Shown here: in pieces, positions 16,130-28,618 of the stretch | Position numbering within the stretch: position 1 is the stretch's first letter | How the letters are laid out: the number at the start of each line of letters is the position of its first letter | Assembly: GCF_030384885.1 (NCBI RefSeq) | Contig: NZ_CP128613.1 | DNA from: Escherichia coli | GTDB taxonomy: Bacteria > Pseudomonadota > Gammaproteobacteria > Enterobacterales > Enterobacteriaceae | Strand: one strand, 5' to 3' | Length of the DNA stretch: 64,000 nt | The notes under the pieces: model-generated | Told to the model about the DNA's origin: nothing | Databases searched by the model: none | Seen by the model: only the letters and a program-made list of their open reading frames with translations | Program-made: the position numbers and the translations under genes

Positions 16130-17284
16130 TCATGCCTCTTTGACCCACAGCTGCGGAAAACGTGCTGGTGCAAAACGCAGGGTTAAGATCATCAGCCCAA
16201 CGACGCACAGCGCATGAAACGCCCAGTCCATCAGGTAATTGCCACTGATACTACGCAGCACACCAGAAAACCACGGAGCAAGCCCGGCAATGATAAAACC
16301 GATCCCCTGCATAAACGCCACCAGTTTGCCAGCAATAGCGGGTTGCGCAGAGTGATCGAGCGCCAGCAGCAAACAGAGCGGAAATGCGCCACCCAGACCT
16401 AACCCACACACCATCGCCCAGAAGACCGGCAATTGCAGCGGCAGCCAGATAAAGCCGCAGAAACCCACCAGTTGTAACGCCAGTGCCAGCATTAATAGTT
16501 TGCGCCGATCCTGATGGCGAGCCATAGCAGGCATCAGCAATGCCCCTGCGGCTTGACCAAGCGTCATCAACGCCAGCAAGGAACCGCTGTACTGCGTGCT
16601 GGCACCGATCTCAATATAGAAGGCGGGTAACCAGGCAATCAGACTGGCGTAACCGCCGTTAATCAGACCGAAGTAAACACCCAGCGTCCAGGCGCGGGGA
16701 GTGAAGACTACGCGAACCGGAGTGGTTGTTGTCTTGTGGGAAGATACGACCTCGCGGGAGCTTTGCCACCACCAGGCAAAGAGCGCAATAATGGCAGGCA
16801 GCGCCCACCAGGCGAGAGTCTGGAACCAAATCTCGCTGTGTTGAACTAACCAGGGCGTCAGGGCGGCACCAAGTCCACCGCCGCCCATCAGAGCCGCAGA
16901 CCACAGCCCCATCACCAGTGGCGTGCGCTGCTGAAACCGCTGTTTAATCACCGAAGGCATCACCGCCTGAATGATGCCGATCCCCACTCCACCGAGCAGT
17001 GCGCTGCTAAGCAGCAGCACACTTTGAGGGTAAAGCTCACGCATCAATGCACCGACGGCAATCAGCAACAAACTGATGGCGACGCTGCGACGTTCGCTGA
17101 CATGCTGATGAAGCCAGCTTCCGGCCAGCGCCAGCCCGCCCATGGTGACCACCGGCAGAGCGGTCAACAGGGCAGCCACGCTAAAGCTCATTCCGCTCGC
17201 CTGGCGCAATTGCGGTAGCAGTGGCCCGACGGAGGTGAGCAGTGGTCGCATATTAAGACCAATCAGCACCAGAACCAGCAGCAT
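16130..17284 (-). CDS. cynX: cyanate transporter (MFS)
   Basis: 384 aa from the internal Met, MLLVLVLIGLNMRPLLTSVGPLLPQLRQ... Confidence 0.93.
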   Translation of the reverse strand: MLLVLVLIGLNMRPLLTSVGPLLPQLRQASGMSFSVAALLTALPVVTMGGLALAGSWLHQHVSERRSVAISLLLIAVGALMRELYPQSVLLLSSALLGGVGIGIIQAVMPSVIKQRFQQRTPLVMGLWSAALMGGGGLGAALTPWLVQHSEIWFQTLAWWALPAIIALFAWWWQSSREVVSSHKTTTTPVRVVFTPRAWTLGVYFGLINGGYASLIAWLPAFYIEIGASTQYSGSLLALMTLGQAAGALLMPAMARHQDRRKLLMLALALQLVGFCGFIWLPLQLPVFWAMVCGLGLGGAFPLCLLLALDHSAQPAIAGKLVAFMQGIGFIIAGLAPWFSGVLRSISGNYLMDWAFHALCVVGLMILTLRFAPARFPQLWVKEA

Positions 17285-17316
17285 CGTGAACGTCTTTTGA
17301 TGGTCGCGCATGGCTG

Positions 17317-17805
<489 letters not shown>

Positions 17806-17817
17806 TTAAAAATAAGG

Positions 17818-18477
17818 TTACGCTGCGGTCGGCTGGCGTAGCGGTATGGCACAAACGCAAGGATTAGCTGCCAGTGGCACAAACTGGCGGGTTGCGCCGT
17901 CAAAGGCTGCGATACTTCCGCTTTCAATGTCGTAGACCCAGCCGTGCAGAGCGATCCGCCCCTCTTCGAGCGCCAGGCGCACCGATGGATGAGTTTGCAA
18001 ATTAGCCAACTGAGCAATGACGTTTTCACGTACCATCGCCGCAGCTTTTGACGCTAAATCGGAATGCGGGCGCGCCTCATTAACGACGCGGGCTGAATCG
18101 GCATAACGCAGCCAGTGGGAAACGGCAGGCATATGGTCCATGCACTGACAGCTGGCAATGGCGGTCATCGCGCCACAGTTGGAATGACCGCAAATCACAA
18201 TGTCAGATACCCGAAGCGCAGCGACGGCATACTCCACCGAAGCAGAAACGCCACCAGGTTCCGGTCCGTAGGAAGGGACGATATTGCCCGCGTTGCGAAT
18301 CACGAACAGATCGCCAGGTTCGCGTTGCGTCACCAGCTCAGGGACCAGACGGCTGTCGGAGCAGGAGATAAAAAGTGTGCGCGGGCTTTGCTGTGTCGCC
18401 AGCTGTTTAAACAAGGCTTCCCGCTCAGGAAATGCCTCGCGCTGGAATTTAAGGAATCCATCAATAATCTCTTTCAC
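17818..18477 (-). CDS. cynT: carbonic anhydrase
   Basis: 219 aa, [43 protein letters not shown]... (beta-CA motif). Confidence 0.97.
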   Translation of the reverse strand: MKEIIDGFLKFQREAFPEREALFKQLATQQSPRTLFISCSDSRLVPELVTQREPGDLFVIRNAGNIVPSYGPEPGGVSASVEYAVAALRVSDIVICGHSNCGAMTAIASCQCMDHMPAVSHWLRYADSARVVNEARPHSDLASKAAAMVRENVIAQLANLQTHPSVRLALEEGRIALHGWVYDIESGSIAAFDGATRQFVPLAANPCVCAIPLRQPTAA

Positions 18478-18586
18478 CGTTAACCTCTGTCTGTCTCTGG
18501 AATGAGAGGCAGACTACTCGCCGATTGCCATAAGGTAAAAGACTCATTTATGATGAGTTCTATTGGATTTACTTATAGGTTGGCGA
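18478..18586. promoter_or_regulatory. divergent cynR / cynTSX control region
   Basis: Intergenic region between divergent LysR regulator and its target operon. Confidence 0.5.
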
Positions 18587-19486
18587 ATGCTCTCTCGACA
18601 TATCAATTACTTTCTTGCCGTGGCTGAACATGGCAGCTTCACCCGTGCCGCCAGTGCGTTGCATATCTCCCAACCTGCGCTTTCCCAGCAGATTCGCCAG
18701 TTAGAAGAGAGTTTGGGCGTACCGCTGTTTGACCGTAGCGGGCGAACGATTCGTCTCACCGATGCGGGAGAAGTCTGGCGACAGTACGCCAGCCGTGCGT
18801 TACAGGAACTGGGGGCGGGTAAACGGGCGATTCATGATGTTGCCGATTTGACGCGAGGATCGCTGCGCATCGCCGTCACCCCCACCTTCACGAGCTACTT
18901 TATCGGCCCTTTAATGGCGGATTTCTATGCGCGTTATCCCGGCATCACGCTCCAGCTACAGGAAATGTCACAGGAGAAAATCGAAGATCTGCTTTGCCGC
19001 GACGAGCTGGATGTTGGGATTGCCTTCGCGCCGGTGCATTCGCCGGAACTGGAGGCAATACCTTTACTGACAGAAAGTTTAGCGTTAGTCGTGGCGCAAC
19101 ATCATCCACTGGCAGTCCATGAACAGGTGGCGTTGAGTTGCTTGCATGATGAAAAACTGGTACTGCTCAGCGCGGAATTTGCCACCAGAGAGCAAATTGA
19201 CCACTACTGCGAGAAAGCGGGGCTACATCCACAGGTGGTGATAGAGGCGAACTCAATTAGCGCAGTTCTGGCGCTGATTCGCCGCACTTCCCTTTCCACA
19301 TTGTTGCCAGCAGCGATTGCCACACAACATGACGGGCTTAAAGCTATATCCCTTGCCCCACCGTTACTGGAGAGAACGGCGGTTTTGTTGCGGCGGAAAA
19401 ATAGCGGGCAGACAGCAGCCGCAAAGGCATTTTTGCAAATGGCGTTGGATGAATGCGCGGTTGTTGGCGGGAATGAATCGCGGTAG
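18587..19486 (+). CDS. cynR: LysR-family activator of the cyn operon
   Basis: 299 aa from the internal Met, [41 protein letters not shown]... Confidence 0.93.
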   Translation: MLSRHINYFLAVAEHGSFTRAASALHISQPALSQQIRQLEESLGVPLFDRSGRTIRLTDAGEVWRQYASRALQELGAGKRAIHDVADLTRGSLRIAVTPTFTSYFIGPLMADFYARYPGITLQLQEMSQEKIEDLLCRDELDVGIAFAPVHSPELEAIPLLTESLALVVAQHHPLAVHEQVALSCLHDEKLVLLSAEFATREQIDHYCEKAGLHPQVVIEANSISAVLALIRRTSLSTLLPAAIATQHDGLKAISLAPPLLERTAVLLRRKNSGQTAAAKAFLQMALDECAVVGGNESR

Positions 19487-19508
19487 CCGCTGACACAGGT
19501 CAGCGGCT
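19485..19508. terminator. GC-rich hairpin between convergent cynR and codA (possible bidirectional terminator)
   Basis: Perfect 10-bp stem agccgctgac / gtcagcggct with 4-nt loop, just after the cynR stop; no clear U-tract. Confidence 0.35.
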
Positions 19509-19514
19509 GGAATT

Positions 19515-19585
19515 GCCTGATGCGCGACGCTTATCAGGCCTACGAGTTCAGTGCAAGGCGTTCACGCCGCATCCGACATAAACTA
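19515..19585. repeat. REP elements
   Basis: gcctgatgcgcgacgcttatcaggcct and cgccgcatccgacat REP-type palindromes. Confidence 0.7.
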
Positions 19586-19606
19586 CGCTCGCTGCAACCC
19601 AGCCGA

Positions 19607-20890
19607 TTACCGTTTGTAATCGATGGCTTCCGGCTGCTCCAGATACACGGTGGTTTGTGCCGGTTGCGTGGTGGCAATCACCTTACCACCACGTACCGAA
19701 TAGCGTACCGGAACCTGACGGCGCAGCGCATCAAACCCATTTTCAGCCGGCAGGATAATCAGGTTAGCGCTGTTTCCGGCGACTATGCCGTAATCCTGCA
19801 AATTCAACGTCCTGGCGCTATGGTGGGTGATTAAATTTAGGCCGTCGTTAATCTGCCCGTAGCCCATCAACTGACAAACATGCAGCCCCATATGCAGCAC
19901 TTGCAGCATATTCGCCGTTCCCAGTGGATACCACGGATCGAAGACATCATCGTGACCAAAGCAGACGTTAATGCCGGACTCCAGCATCTCTTTAACGCGC
20001 GTAATACCGCGACGTTTTGGATACGTATCGAAACGCCCTTGTAGATGAATATTGACCAGCGGGTTGGCGACAAAGTTAATACCGGACATTTTCAGCAAAC
20101 GGAACAGCCGCGAGGTATACGCCCCGTTATAGGAGTGCATTGCCGTGGTGTGGCTGGCGGTGACTCGCGCGCCCATGCCTTCACGGTGAGCCAGGGCGGC
20201 AACGGTTTCGACAAAGCGCGACTGTTCGTCATCGATCTCATCACAGTGAACATCGATGAGACGGTCGTATTTTTGCGCCAGGGCGAAGGTTTTATGCAGC
20301 GACTCCACGCCATATTCACGGGTAAATTCAAAATGCGGAATCGCCCCCACTACGTCAGCCCCTAAGCGTAACGCCTCTTCCAGTAACGCTTCACCGTTGG
20401 GATACGACAAAATCCCTTCCTGCGGGAAGGCGACGATTTGCAGATCAATCCACGGCGCGACTTCCTGCTTCACTTCCAGCATCGCTTTTAGCGCAGTCAG
20501 GGTTGCATCCGAAACATCGACATGGGTACGCACATGCTGAATACCGTTGGCAATCTGCCATTTCAGCGTTTGCCAGGCGCGTTGTTTCACATCGCCATGG
20601 GTTAATAATGCTTTGCGCTCGGCCCAGCGTTCAATGCCTTCAAACAGCGTGCCGGACTGATTCCAGTTCGGTTGCCCGGCGGTTTGCGTGGTATCCAGGT
20701 GAATATGCGGCTCCACAAACGGCGGTAAAACTAAACCTTGCTCGGCATCCAGGCTGTTTTCTGTTACGGGCATCACGCCGGATTGCGCATCAATGGCGCT
20801 GATTTTTCCGTCCTGCAGATGAATCTGCCATAGCCCCTCTTTGCCGGGTAACCGGGCGTTAATAATTGTCTGTAAAGCGTTATTCGACAC
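19607..20890 (-). CDS. codA: cytosine deaminase
   Basis: GTG start ([16 protein letters not shown]...), 427 aa; amidohydrolase HxH metal motif (PHIHLD); overlaps codB stop. Confidence 0.95.
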   Translation of the reverse strand: MSNNALQTIINARLPGKEGLWQIHLQDGKISAIDAQSGVMPVTENSLDAEQGLVLPPFVEPHIHLDTTQTAGQPNWNQSGTLFEGIERWAERKALLTHGDVKQRAWQTLKWQIANGIQHVRTHVDVSDATLTALKAMLEVKQEVAPWIDLQIVAFPQEGILSYPNGEALLEEALRLGADVVGAIPHFEFTREYGVESLHKTFALAQKYDRLIDVHCDEIDDEQSRFVETVAALAHREGMGARVTASHTTAMHSYNGAYTSRLFRLLKMSGINFVANPLVNIHLQGRFDTYPKRRGITRVKEMLESGINVCFGHDDVFDPWYPLGTANMLQVLHMGLHVCQLMGYGQINDGLNLITHHSARTLNLQDYGIVAGNSANLIILPAENGFDALRRQVPVRYSVRGGKVIATTQPAQTTVYLEQPEAIDYKR

Positions 20891-22139
20891 TGTTAGCCTC
20901 CACATGCGTCATTGCAGCTGTCGTTTTGCGATTCAAAATCGGGTTAAGGATCAGATAGCTCAGCGCACCACCTAATACCGCGTTGACCGGAACAATGCCC
21001 GGTAACCAGTGGCCTGCGGCAATCCCCAGCGCGACCGCCAGAATCGCCACCCAATTGACACTCATCATACGCGTGGTCGCAAAGTGCTCATAGCGGCGAC
21101 GGTTCATCAGATAGTCGGCGATGATCACGCCACCCACCGGAGGAATAGCAGCCGAAAGGAAGGTTAGCCAGCCGACAAAATTGTTATACAGCCATAGTGC
21201 GCAGACCGTGCCGATAATACCGTTGATTACTGAAAGAGTTTTGCTCGACATACCGGTAATATTGGCGAAACCTAAACCCGACGCATAGAGCGCGTTATCG
21301 TTGGTGGTCCAGATATTCAACCCCAGCACCACAATCGCGGGCAGCAGCAAGCCCTGAGCAATCATCACATCAGAGATATCCGCCATCCCCAGTGCCGCAG
21401 CGCCTGCCGCACCGAAAATAAACATCAACGAGTTGCCGAGGAAAAAGGCCACCATCGCCACCAGCACCGCCAGTTTGGCATTGCGACCAAAGCGGACAAA
21501 GTCAGCGGTGAGCGTACCCGCACTGATAAATGACCCCACAACCAGCGCCAGCGCGACATTGAAATCTAGCGGTTGTGCGGGAACGACCGCTTTTAAGGCG
21601 TCCAAACCGCCCATGCCGTTAACGGCCAGCCATACGGAATAACCGCCAAGGCAGGCAATCGCCGGAACCGCAATCACCGAAAGTACCGTCAGCGCCGAAA
21701 TGCCAAAGAAGACGGTGACGGTCATCAGTAAACCGGAAACGGCAATCAGCAAATTAATATCCAGCCCGGTTGCCTTGCCCACCGGAATAGCAAACATCGC
21801 CACGCCAACACCAAACCAGCCGACCTGAGTGCCGCCCAGCAGCAGTGAAGGCAGCCATGAGCCTTTAACACCAAACGAGAAGCGAGCAAGAAGATGGGTG
21901 GTCAGGCCGGTTTTTGCGCCAATGTAACCAAGAAATGAAGTGTAAATACCGAGGAGAAGATTACCGATGAGGACTGCGAGGAAGAAATCATGATAGCTAA
22001 GACCGGTTCCGAGAGTGCCGCCGGTCCACATACTGGCGGAAAAGAAGGTTAATCCCAGCATGACGAACGTCAATGCCAATACCCCTTTCCGCGCCGACTG
22101 CGGGACTGGCCCCTGGCTAAAGTTGTTATCTTGCGACAC
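20880..22139 (-). CDS. codB: cytosine permease
   Basis: 419 aa, [29 protein letters not shown]... Confidence 0.97.
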   Translation of the reverse strand: MSQDNNFSQGPVPQSARKGVLALTFVMLGLTFFSASMWTGGTLGTGLSYHDFFLAVLIGNLLLGIYTSFLGYIGAKTGLTTHLLARFSFGVKGSWLPSLLLGGTQVGWFGVGVAMFAIPVGKATGLDINLLIAVSGLLMTVTVFFGISALTVLSVIAVPAIACLGGYSVWLAVNGMGGLDALKAVVPAQPLDFNVALALVVGSFISAGTLTADFVRFGRNAKLAVLVAMVAFFLGNSLMFIFGAAGAAALGMADISDVMIAQGLLLPAIVVLGLNIWTTNDNALYASGLGFANITGMSSKTLSVINGIIGTVCALWLYNNFVGWLTFLSAAIPPVGGVIIADYLMNRRRYEHFATTRMMSVNWVAILAVALGIAAGHWLPGIVPVNAVLGGALSYLILNPILNRKTTAAMTHVEANSVE

Positions 22140-22289
22140 GAAATTCCCCCTTTTTGCTGTTTGAAACCCAAAAAATCCGCCGCATTCTATTCATCTGAAG
22201 ATAAAAAGCAATCGTTTTCGTGGAGGGGGTATATTTTTTATATGGATGAATGCGGAAAAGTGGATAAAAACTTATTTGAGAAAAAATGG

Positions 22290-22650
22290 GTACACATGAT
22301 AAGACACGCCTGCGTCGCATCAGGCATCTGCGCACGGTGTCGGATGCGGCGCGTGCGCCTTATCCGACCTGCGGTTCAGGCCTGTAGGCATGATAAGACG
22401 CGTCAGCGTCACATCAGGCATCTGCGCACGGTGTCGGATGCGCCGCGTGCGCCTTATCCGACCTACGGTTCAGGCCTGTAGGCATGATAAGACGCGCCTG
22501 CGTTGCATCAGGCATCTACGCATAGCTGTCGGATGCGCCGCGTGCGCCTTATCCGACCTGCGGTTCAGGCCTGTAGGGATGATAAGACGCGTCAGCGTCG
22601 CATCAGGCATCTGCGCACGGTGTCGGACGCGCCACACGACACATCCGACA
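22290..22650. repeat. tandem BIME array, about 3.7 copies of a ~94-bp unit containing REP palindromes
   Basis: Unit catgataagacgcg(tc/cc)...catcaggcatctgcgcacggtgtcggatgcg(c/g)cgcgtgcgccttatccgacct(g/a)cggttcaggcctgtagg recurs at about 22296, 22389, 22483 and 22577. Confidence 0.85.
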
Positions 22651-22655
22651 ATACC

Positions 22656-24542
22656 TTACTCTTCCATCGCCTGGCGGATCTGATCCAACGACGCAGGATC
22701 ATCAATGGTCGTCAGATCTCCCGGATCGCGTCCTTCACAAATCGCCTGGATCGTGCGGCGCAGCATTTTTCCGGATCGCGTTTTTGGCAATTGCGAGACA
22801 AACCAGACGTGCGCCGGGCGGCCAAAGTTGCCAATCTGGCTGTCCACCAGCGCCATAATCGCCTTCTCTTGCGAGTGCGCCACCTCGCGATCTTCCAGAC
22901 TGTCGCTCTCTTTCGGAATGACAAACGCCACCGCCACCTGCCCTTTCAGCGCATCTTTCACCCCAACCACCGCCACTTCAGCAACGCCCGGATGACTGGA
23001 GATACTCTCTTCAATCTCGCGTGTGCCAAGCCGATGCCCGGCAACATTAATCACATCGTCAGTGCGCCCGAGAATAAAGTGATAACCGTCAGCGTCACGG
23101 ATGCCCCAGTCAAAAGTGGCATACACCGGACGGGAAAACAGCGACCAGTACGTCTTCACAAAGCGGTCGTCGTCGCCCCAGATGGTCTGAATACAGCCCG
23201 GCGGCAACGGCCCTTCCACCACCAGCATCCCTTTCTCATTGACGCCGCACGGTTCGCCGGTGACTTCATTGAGCAACTGCACGTTATAGCCATACATCGG
23301 CACGCCGGGGCTTCCCAGACGCGTCGGCCTGTCGTCCAGACCGCGAGCAATTGCCATAATCGGCCAGCCGGATTCGGTCTGCCAGTAGTTGTCGATGACC
23401 GGCACATCCAGCGTATTGCTCACCCAACTGGCGGTCGGCTCGTCCAGCGGTTCTCCCGCCAGATAGAGCACTTCCAGCGACGAGAGATCGTGTTTGCGAA
23501 TTTCAGCGGTAGGGAATTTTTTCAGCACGCGAATGGCGGTCGGCGCTGAGAACATCCGGCTAACCTGATATTTCTCGACGATTTTCCACCACACACCGCA
23601 GTCAGGATAAGTCGGCAATCCTTCGTAAACGATAGTCGCCATCCCCGCCAGCAGCGGCGCGTAGACGATATACGAATGCCCCACTACCCAGCCGATATCC
23701 GACGCACAGAAGAACACACCGCCCGCTTTGCCGCCAAAAATGGTGTCCATTGAGGTCGCCAGCGCCACCGCATAACCGCCGACGTCACGCTGTACGCCTT
23801 TTGGTTTGCCGGTCGTGCCGGAGGTGTAGAGAATGCAGGAGGTTTCGTTGGATTCCAGCCACGCCACCGGCACCCGCGCGCCGATGTGTTGATGGCGCAA
23901 CGACGCGAAATCGACATCCCGCCCGCTGACGCGCGCCATTTTCGCCAGCCCGCGATCCACCAGCAAAACGTGGCGCGGCTGATGCTGCGCCTGACTTATC
24001 GCATCGTCGAGCAATTTTTTATAAGGAATGATTTTGCCACCGCGCGCTCCGGCATCTGCCGAGACAATCAGCACCGGTTTAGCGTCATCAATCCGCGCAG
24101 CCACGCTGTGCGAGGCAAATCCACCAAACACTACCGAGTGAATAGCGCCAATGCGCGCGCAGGCCAGCAGGGTAATATGCGCTTCGGCAATCATCGGCAT
24201 ATACACCAGCACCCGATCGCCACGCCGTACGCCCAGTGAGCGCAGCATTGACGCCACCGCGTTCACTTCGTCATGCAACTGGCGAAAGGTAAAGGTGCGC
24301 TCTTCTTCTGTTTCCGAAGAGACGGCAATTAATGCCAGCGCCTCTGGCTGTTTCTCCAGCCAGCGGTCGATGGCGTTATGACACAAATTGGTTCGGCCTT
24401 CACAAAACCAACGGGCAAACGGCGGATTGCTGTGATCGAGCGTTTGCGTAAAGGGCGTCTGCCAGTCAATACGCCGGGCCTGCTCGGCCCAGAATTGCTC
24501 CGGTTCGTTAATCGAACGCTGATAAAATTCGCTAAAAGACAT
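22656..24542 (-). CDS. prpE: propionyl-CoA synthetase
   Basis: 628 aa, MSFSEFYQRSINEPEQFWAEQARRIDWQTPF...; AMP-binding motif YTSGTTGKPKG. Confidence 0.97.
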   Translation of the reverse strand: MSFSEFYQRSINEPEQFWAEQARRIDWQTPFTQTLDHSNPPFARWFCEGRTNLCHNAIDRWLEKQPEALALIAVSSETEEERTFTFRQLHDEVNAVASMLRSLGVRRGDRVLVYMPMIAEAHITLLACARIGAIHSVVFGGFASHSVAARIDDAKPVLIVSADAGARGGKIIPYKKLLDDAISQAQHQPRHVLLVDRGLAKMARVSGRDVDFASLRHQHIGARVPVAWLESNETSCILYTSGTTGKPKGVQRDVGGYAVALATSMDTIFGGKAGGVFFCASDIGWVVGHSYIVYAPLLAGMATIVYEGLPTYPDCGVWWKIVEKYQVSRMFSAPTAIRVLKKFPTAEIRKHDLSSLEVLYLAGEPLDEPTASWVSNTLDVPVIDNYWQTESGWPIMAIARGLDDRPTRLGSPGVPMYGYNVQLLNEVTGEPCGVNEKGMLVVEGPLPPGCIQTIWGDDDRFVKTYWSLFSRPVYATFDWGIRDADGYHFILGRTDDVINVAGHRLGTREIEESISSHPGVAEVAVVGVKDALKGQVAVAFVIPKESDSLEDREVAHSQEKAIMALVDSQIGNFGRPAHVWFVSQLPKTRSGKMLRRTIQAICEGRDPGDLTTIDDPASLDQIRQAMEE

Positions 24543-24581
24543 AATGCTCTCCTGTTGAACTTACGCCTTACCGCCGTTTAC

Positions 24582-26033
24582 TTAAATGACGTACAGGTCG
24601 AGATACTCATTGACCGGCATCTGTTCCAGGCGAGCTCTGTCGAGAGAAACGTCCAGAATGCGCTGCTGCTGTCGAGTCGGGAACTGGCGCGCGAGGTTGA
24701 TTTTGAATTTATCGACCAGTTTCGGAATACCGTCATGGCGGCGACGAGCATGACCAATTGGGTACTCCACCACCACTTCTTCAAATCGCGTACCGTCGGT
24801 AAACTCAAGGGTAATGGCATTGGCGATGGCGCGTTTTTCCGGGTCGTGGTAGTCAGCGGTAAATGCCGGATCTTCAAAGCAATTGATCTTCTCGCGCAGG
24901 GCGTCAATGCGTTTATCTTGCGCAACGTTGTCTTCGTAATCTGCCGCCGTTAAGCGCCCGAATAACAGCGGGATCGCCACCATGTACTGAATGCAGTGGT
25001 CGCGGTCAGCCGGGTTATTGAGCGGCCCTTTTTTGTCGATGATGCGAATACAGGCTTCGTGGGTGCGAATGGTCACTTTTTCGATATCTGCCGCCGTTTT
25101 GCCTGCTGCCTGCATCTGTTCATAGAGCGTCATCGCCGCTTCAACTGCCGTCTGGGAGTGGAACTCCGCCGGGAAGGAGATTTTGAACAGCACATTTTCC
25201 ATGACGTAGGAACCGTACGGGCGCTGGAAGCGGAACGATTCACCTTTAAAGGAGACGTCGTAGAAACCCCACACCGGCGCGGTCAGGGCTGACGGGTAAC
25301 CCATTTCGCCCGTTTTCGCCATCAGCGCCAGACGTACCGCGCGGGATGTAGCATCGCCCGCCGCCCAGGATTTACGCGTGCCGGTGTTCGGCGCATGGCG
25401 GTAGGTGCGCAGCGACTGTCCGTCTACCCATGCCAGCGAAACGGCGTTGAGGATTTCATCACGGGTCAGGCCAAGCATTTCGGCGACCACGGCGGTGGAA
25501 GCCACTTTCACTAACAGAACGTGGTCGAGACCGACGCGATTAAAGGAGTTTTCCAGCGCGATGCAGCCCTGAATTTCATGGGCTTTAATCATTCCGGTCA
25601 GCACCTGTTTCATGGTCAACGGCGTTTTGCCGCTGGCGACCGCGTTGCGCGAAAGCCAGTCCGCCGTTGCCAGAATGCCGCCGAGGTTGTCGGAAGGATG
25701 GCCCCACTCCGCCGCCAGCCAGGTATCGTTGAAATCGAGCCAGCGGATCATCGCGCCAATGTTAAATGCCGCCTGAACGGGGTCGAGCTGGAACTGGGTT
25801 CCAGGGACGCGTACGCCGTTAGGTACGACGGTGCCGGGGACAATTGGCCCCAGCAGTTTTTTACAGGCCGGGTATTCGAGAGCTTCCAGACCGCAGCCGA
25901 GAGTGTCAAGCAGGCAGTAATGGGCGGTGTCGTAGGCTACTTTGGAGCTAATTTCGTAGTTCATCACGTAATCGACGATATCAACGATTTCACGATCAAA
26001 TTCCGGACGGATGTTGTTAATTTGAGCTGACAT
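24582..26033 (-). CDS. prpD: 2-methylcitrate dehydratase
   Basis: 483 aa, [31 protein letters not shown]... Confidence 0.97.
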   Translation of the reverse strand: MSAQINNIRPEFDREIVDIVDYVMNYEISSKVAYDTAHYCLLDTLGCGLEALEYPACKKLLGPIVPGTVVPNGVRVPGTQFQLDPVQAAFNIGAMIRWLDFNDTWLAAEWGHPSDNLGGILATADWLSRNAVASGKTPLTMKQVLTGMIKAHEIQGCIALENSFNRVGLDHVLLVKVASTAVVAEMLGLTRDEILNAVSLAWVDGQSLRTYRHAPNTGTRKSWAAGDATSRAVRLALMAKTGEMGYPSALTAPVWGFYDVSFKGESFRFQRPYGSYVMENVLFKISFPAEFHSQTAVEAAMTLYEQMQAAGKTAADIEKVTIRTHEACIRIIDKKGPLNNPADRDHCIQYMVAIPLLFGRLTAADYEDNVAQDKRIDALREKINCFEDPAFTADYHDPEKRAIANAITLEFTDGTRFEEVVVEYPIGHARRRHDGIPKLVDKFKINLARQFPTRQQQRILDVSLDRARLEQMPVNEYLDLYVI

Positions 26034-26066
26034 TGGGTACGTTTCCTTCTTGTTATTCGTAGAGGT

Positions 26067-27236
26067 TTACTGGCGCTTATCCAGCGCGACAAACTGGCGG
26101 TCTTCCGGTCCAACGTAATTGGCGGAAGGACGGATAATTTTGTTGTCCTGACGTTGTTCGATAATGTGCGCTGCCCAGCCGGTGACGCGGGCGATAACAA
26201 ACAGTGGCGTGAACATCTCGGTGGGAACGCCCATCATGTTGTAGGAAACAGCGGAGAACCAGTCGAGATTGGGGAACATCTTTTTGCTCTCCCACATCAC
26301 CGCTTCCAGACGATCGGCGATGTTGTACATCTTCAGCGAGCCGCCTTCCTGCGAGAGCTGCTTCGCCACGCGTTTGATCACCTGATGACGCGGGTCAGCG
26401 ATGGTATAAACCGGATGTCCAAAACCAATCACCACTTCTTTGTTTTCCACGCGCTTGCGGATATCGGCTTCGGCTTCGTCCGGCGTTTCGTAGCGTTGCT
26501 GGATCTCCAGCGACACTTCATTCGCCCCGCCGTGTTTCGGCCCGCGCAGTGCGCCAATCGCGCCGATAATCGCTGAATACATGTCAGAGCCGGTGCCCGC
26601 AATCACCCGGCTGGTAAAGGTGGAGGCGTTAAACTCGTGTTCGGCGTACAGCACCAGCGAAATATGCATCGCCTTTTCCCAGCTTTGCGACGGCTTTTCG
26701 CCATGCAGCAGATGCAGGAAGTGACCGCCGATGGAGTCGTCATCGGTTTCCGGCTGAATGCGTTCGCCGTTGTGGCTGTAGTGATACCAGTAGAGAAGAA
26801 TCGAGCTAAGTGATGCCAGCAGTTTGTCGGCAATATCACGCGCGCCGGAGACGGTATGCCCCTCTTTTTCTGGCAGCGTGCAGCCGAGCGCGGAAACGCC
26901 GGTGCGCATGACATCCATCGGATGCGACGCCGCTGGTAAGGCTTCCAGCACGGTACGCACGTTAGCCGGTAAACCGCGCAGGGCTTTCAGTTTCGTTTTG
27001 TAGGCGGCGAGTTCGTCACGGGTCGGCAGTTTGCCGTGGATCAGCAGATGCGCCACTTCTTCAAATTCGCAATGTTCCGCCAGATCAAGAATGTCGTAGC
27101 CGCGGTAATGCAAATCATTGCCACTTTTACCCACGGTGCAGAGCGCCGTATTGCCCGCCGGAACGCCAGAAAGTGCCACAGATTTTTTTGGTTTAATGAC
27201 ATGGGTACTGTTTTGCAGGATCGTTGTGTCGCTCAT
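26067..27236 (-). CDS. prpC: 2-methylcitrate synthase
   Basis: 389 aa, citrate-synthase family. Confidence 0.97.
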   Translation of the reverse strand: MSDTTILQNSTHVIKPKKSVALSGVPAGNTALCTVGKSGNDLHYRGYDILDLAEHCEFEEVAHLLIHGKLPTRDELAAYKTKLKALRGLPANVRTVLEALPAASHPMDVMRTGVSALGCTLPEKEGHTVSGARDIADKLLASLSSILLYWYHYSHNGERIQPETDDDSIGGHFLHLLHGEKPSQSWEKAMHISLVLYAEHEFNASTFTSRVIAGTGSDMYSAIIGAIGALRGPKHGGANEVSLEIQQRYETPDEAEADIRKRVENKEVVIGFGHPVYTIADPRHQVIKRVAKQLSQEGGSLKMYNIADRLEAVMWESKKMFPNLDWFSAVSYNMMGVPTEMFTPLFVIARVTGWAAHIIEQRQDNKIIRPSANYVGPEDRQFVALDKRQ

Positions 27237-27269
27237 GTTGTCCTCGTCATTGTTATCATTTGTAGGGTC

Positions 27270-27470
27270 GAGATTGTTGTCGGATGCGACGCTATGCGTC
27301 TTATCCGACCTACAGTTCAGTTCATCCCGTAGGCCTGATAAGCCGCGTCAGCGACGCATCAGGCATCGGTTGTCGGATGCGACGTCATGCGTCTTATCCG
27401 ACCTACAGTTCAGTTCATCCCGTAGGCCTGATAAGCCGCGTCAGCGGCGCATCAGGCATCGGTTGTCGAA
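27270..27470. repeat. BIME: two tandem copies of a ~100-bp REP-containing unit
   Basis: gtcggatgcgacg(c/t)(t/c)atgcgtcttatccgacctacagttcagttcatcccgtaggcctgataagccgcgtcagcg(a/g)cgcatcaggcatcggttgtcg repeated. Confidence 0.85.
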
Positions 27471-27489
27471 TACAACCAAAGGGCGTTTT

Positions 27490-28380
27490 TTATTTCGCCT
27501 GGTTACGGGCAAACAGGTCGTCGAGCTTTTCTTCGTACTGGTAGTAGTTAATGCTTTCATACAGCTCGTTGCGGGTCTGCATGGTGTCGATGACGCTTTT
27601 CTGCGTGCCTTCCTGGCGCAGGACGTTGTAGACATGTTCAGCGGCGCGGTTCATGGCGCGGAAAGCAGAAAGGGGATACAGCGCCATTGCGACATGGGCG
27701 CTGCGTAATTCGTCGGTGGTAAACAGCGGTGTTGCGCCAAACTCGGTAATGTTGGCAAGGATTGGCACCTGCACCGCATCGGCAAACTGGCGGTACATAG
27801 CGAGTTCGGTAATTGCTTCCGGGAACAACATTTCGGCACCCGCTTCAACATAGGCCTGCGCACGCTCGAGCGCCGCATCCAGCCCTTCAACCGCCAGCGC
27901 ATCGGTGCGCGCCATGATCACAAAATCAGGATCGGTTTTCGCATCCACCGCCGCGCGGATCCGATCCACCATCTCTTCTTTCGAGACGATCGCTTTGTTC
28001 GGGCGATGACCGCAGCGTTTTGCTCCAACCTGATCTTCAATATGTAAGCCCGCCGCACCGGCTTTAATCATCGATTTCACAGTGCGGGCAACGTTAAAAG
28101 CCGAAGAGCCAAAACCGATATCCGCATCCACCAGCAGCGGCAGCGAGCAGACGTCAGTGATACGACGAATATCAGTCAGCACATCATCAAGAGTAGAAAT
28201 ACCGAGATCCGGCAACCCCAGCGAACCTGCCGCCACACCACCGCCGGAGAGATAAATCGCCTGATATCCGGCACGCTGCGCCAACAGCGCATGATTAGCG
28301 TTGATGGTGCCGACAATCTGCAATGGATTTTCTTTAGACAGTGCAGCGCGAAACGCTTTACCCGGAGAGTGTAGAGACAT
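27490..28380 (-). CDS. prpB: 2-methylisocitrate lyase
   Basis: 296 aa, [34 protein letters not shown]... Confidence 0.97.
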   Translation of the reverse strand: MSLHSPGKAFRAALSKENPLQIVGTINANHALLAQRAGYQAIYLSGGGVAAGSLGLPDLGISTLDDVLTDIRRITDVCSLPLLVDADIGFGSSAFNVARTVKSMIKAGAAGLHIEDQVGAKRCGHRPNKAIVSKEEMVDRIRAAVDAKTDPDFVIMARTDALAVEGLDAALERAQAYVEAGAEMLFPEAITELAMYRQFADAVQVPILANITEFGATPLFTTDELRSAHVAMALYPLSAFRAMNRAAEHVYNVLRQEGTQKSVIDTMQTRNELYESINYYQYEEKLDDLFARNQAK

Positions 28381-28424
28381 AGCCCATCCTTTGTTATCAA
28401 CTTGTTATTTACGTTGATAAACTC

Positions 28425-28445
28425 AAAGCAAGGGGTGTGCCACAA
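28425..28445 (-). promoter_or_regulatory. sigma-54 (-24/-12) promoter of prpBCDE
   Basis: Reverse strand reads TGGCAC-accc-cTTGCT, a perfect match to TGGCAC-N5-TTGC, about 45 bp upstream of the prpB ATG. Confidence 0.8.
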
Positions 28446-28514
28446 TTACATGGATGAAATTAAATGTTTTATTTCAATTTGTTAGAGAAAAAGTCATGAA
28501 GTAATCTGCAAATA

Positions 28515-28590
28515 TGCGTTTCAGTTAACGTTTCAGGCAATGTTTCACTGCGTTTCATTGCAACAATTATGAAACAAGACTAAACCCAAT
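28515..28590. promoter_or_regulatory. putative PrpR enhancer (upstream activating palindromes)
   Basis: Repeated GTTTCA motifs including the palindrome gtttcattgcaacaattatgaaac upstream of the sigma-54 promoter. Confidence 0.5.
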
Positions 28591-28618
28591 ATTCGGTTTC
28601 TTAACTTTGCGGTGCGCT

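Noticed and set aside
22290-22650. Possible CRISPR array
   Set aside because: The repeat unit is about 94 bp with internal REP palindromes and no interspersed unique spacers; no cas genes in the window.
22131-23549. ORFs 22131-22481, 22390-22683 and 22503-23549 on the plus strand
   Set aside because: The first two are translations of the tandem REP/BIME units and the third is antisense to prpE; repetitive Arg/Cys-rich products, no RBS logic.
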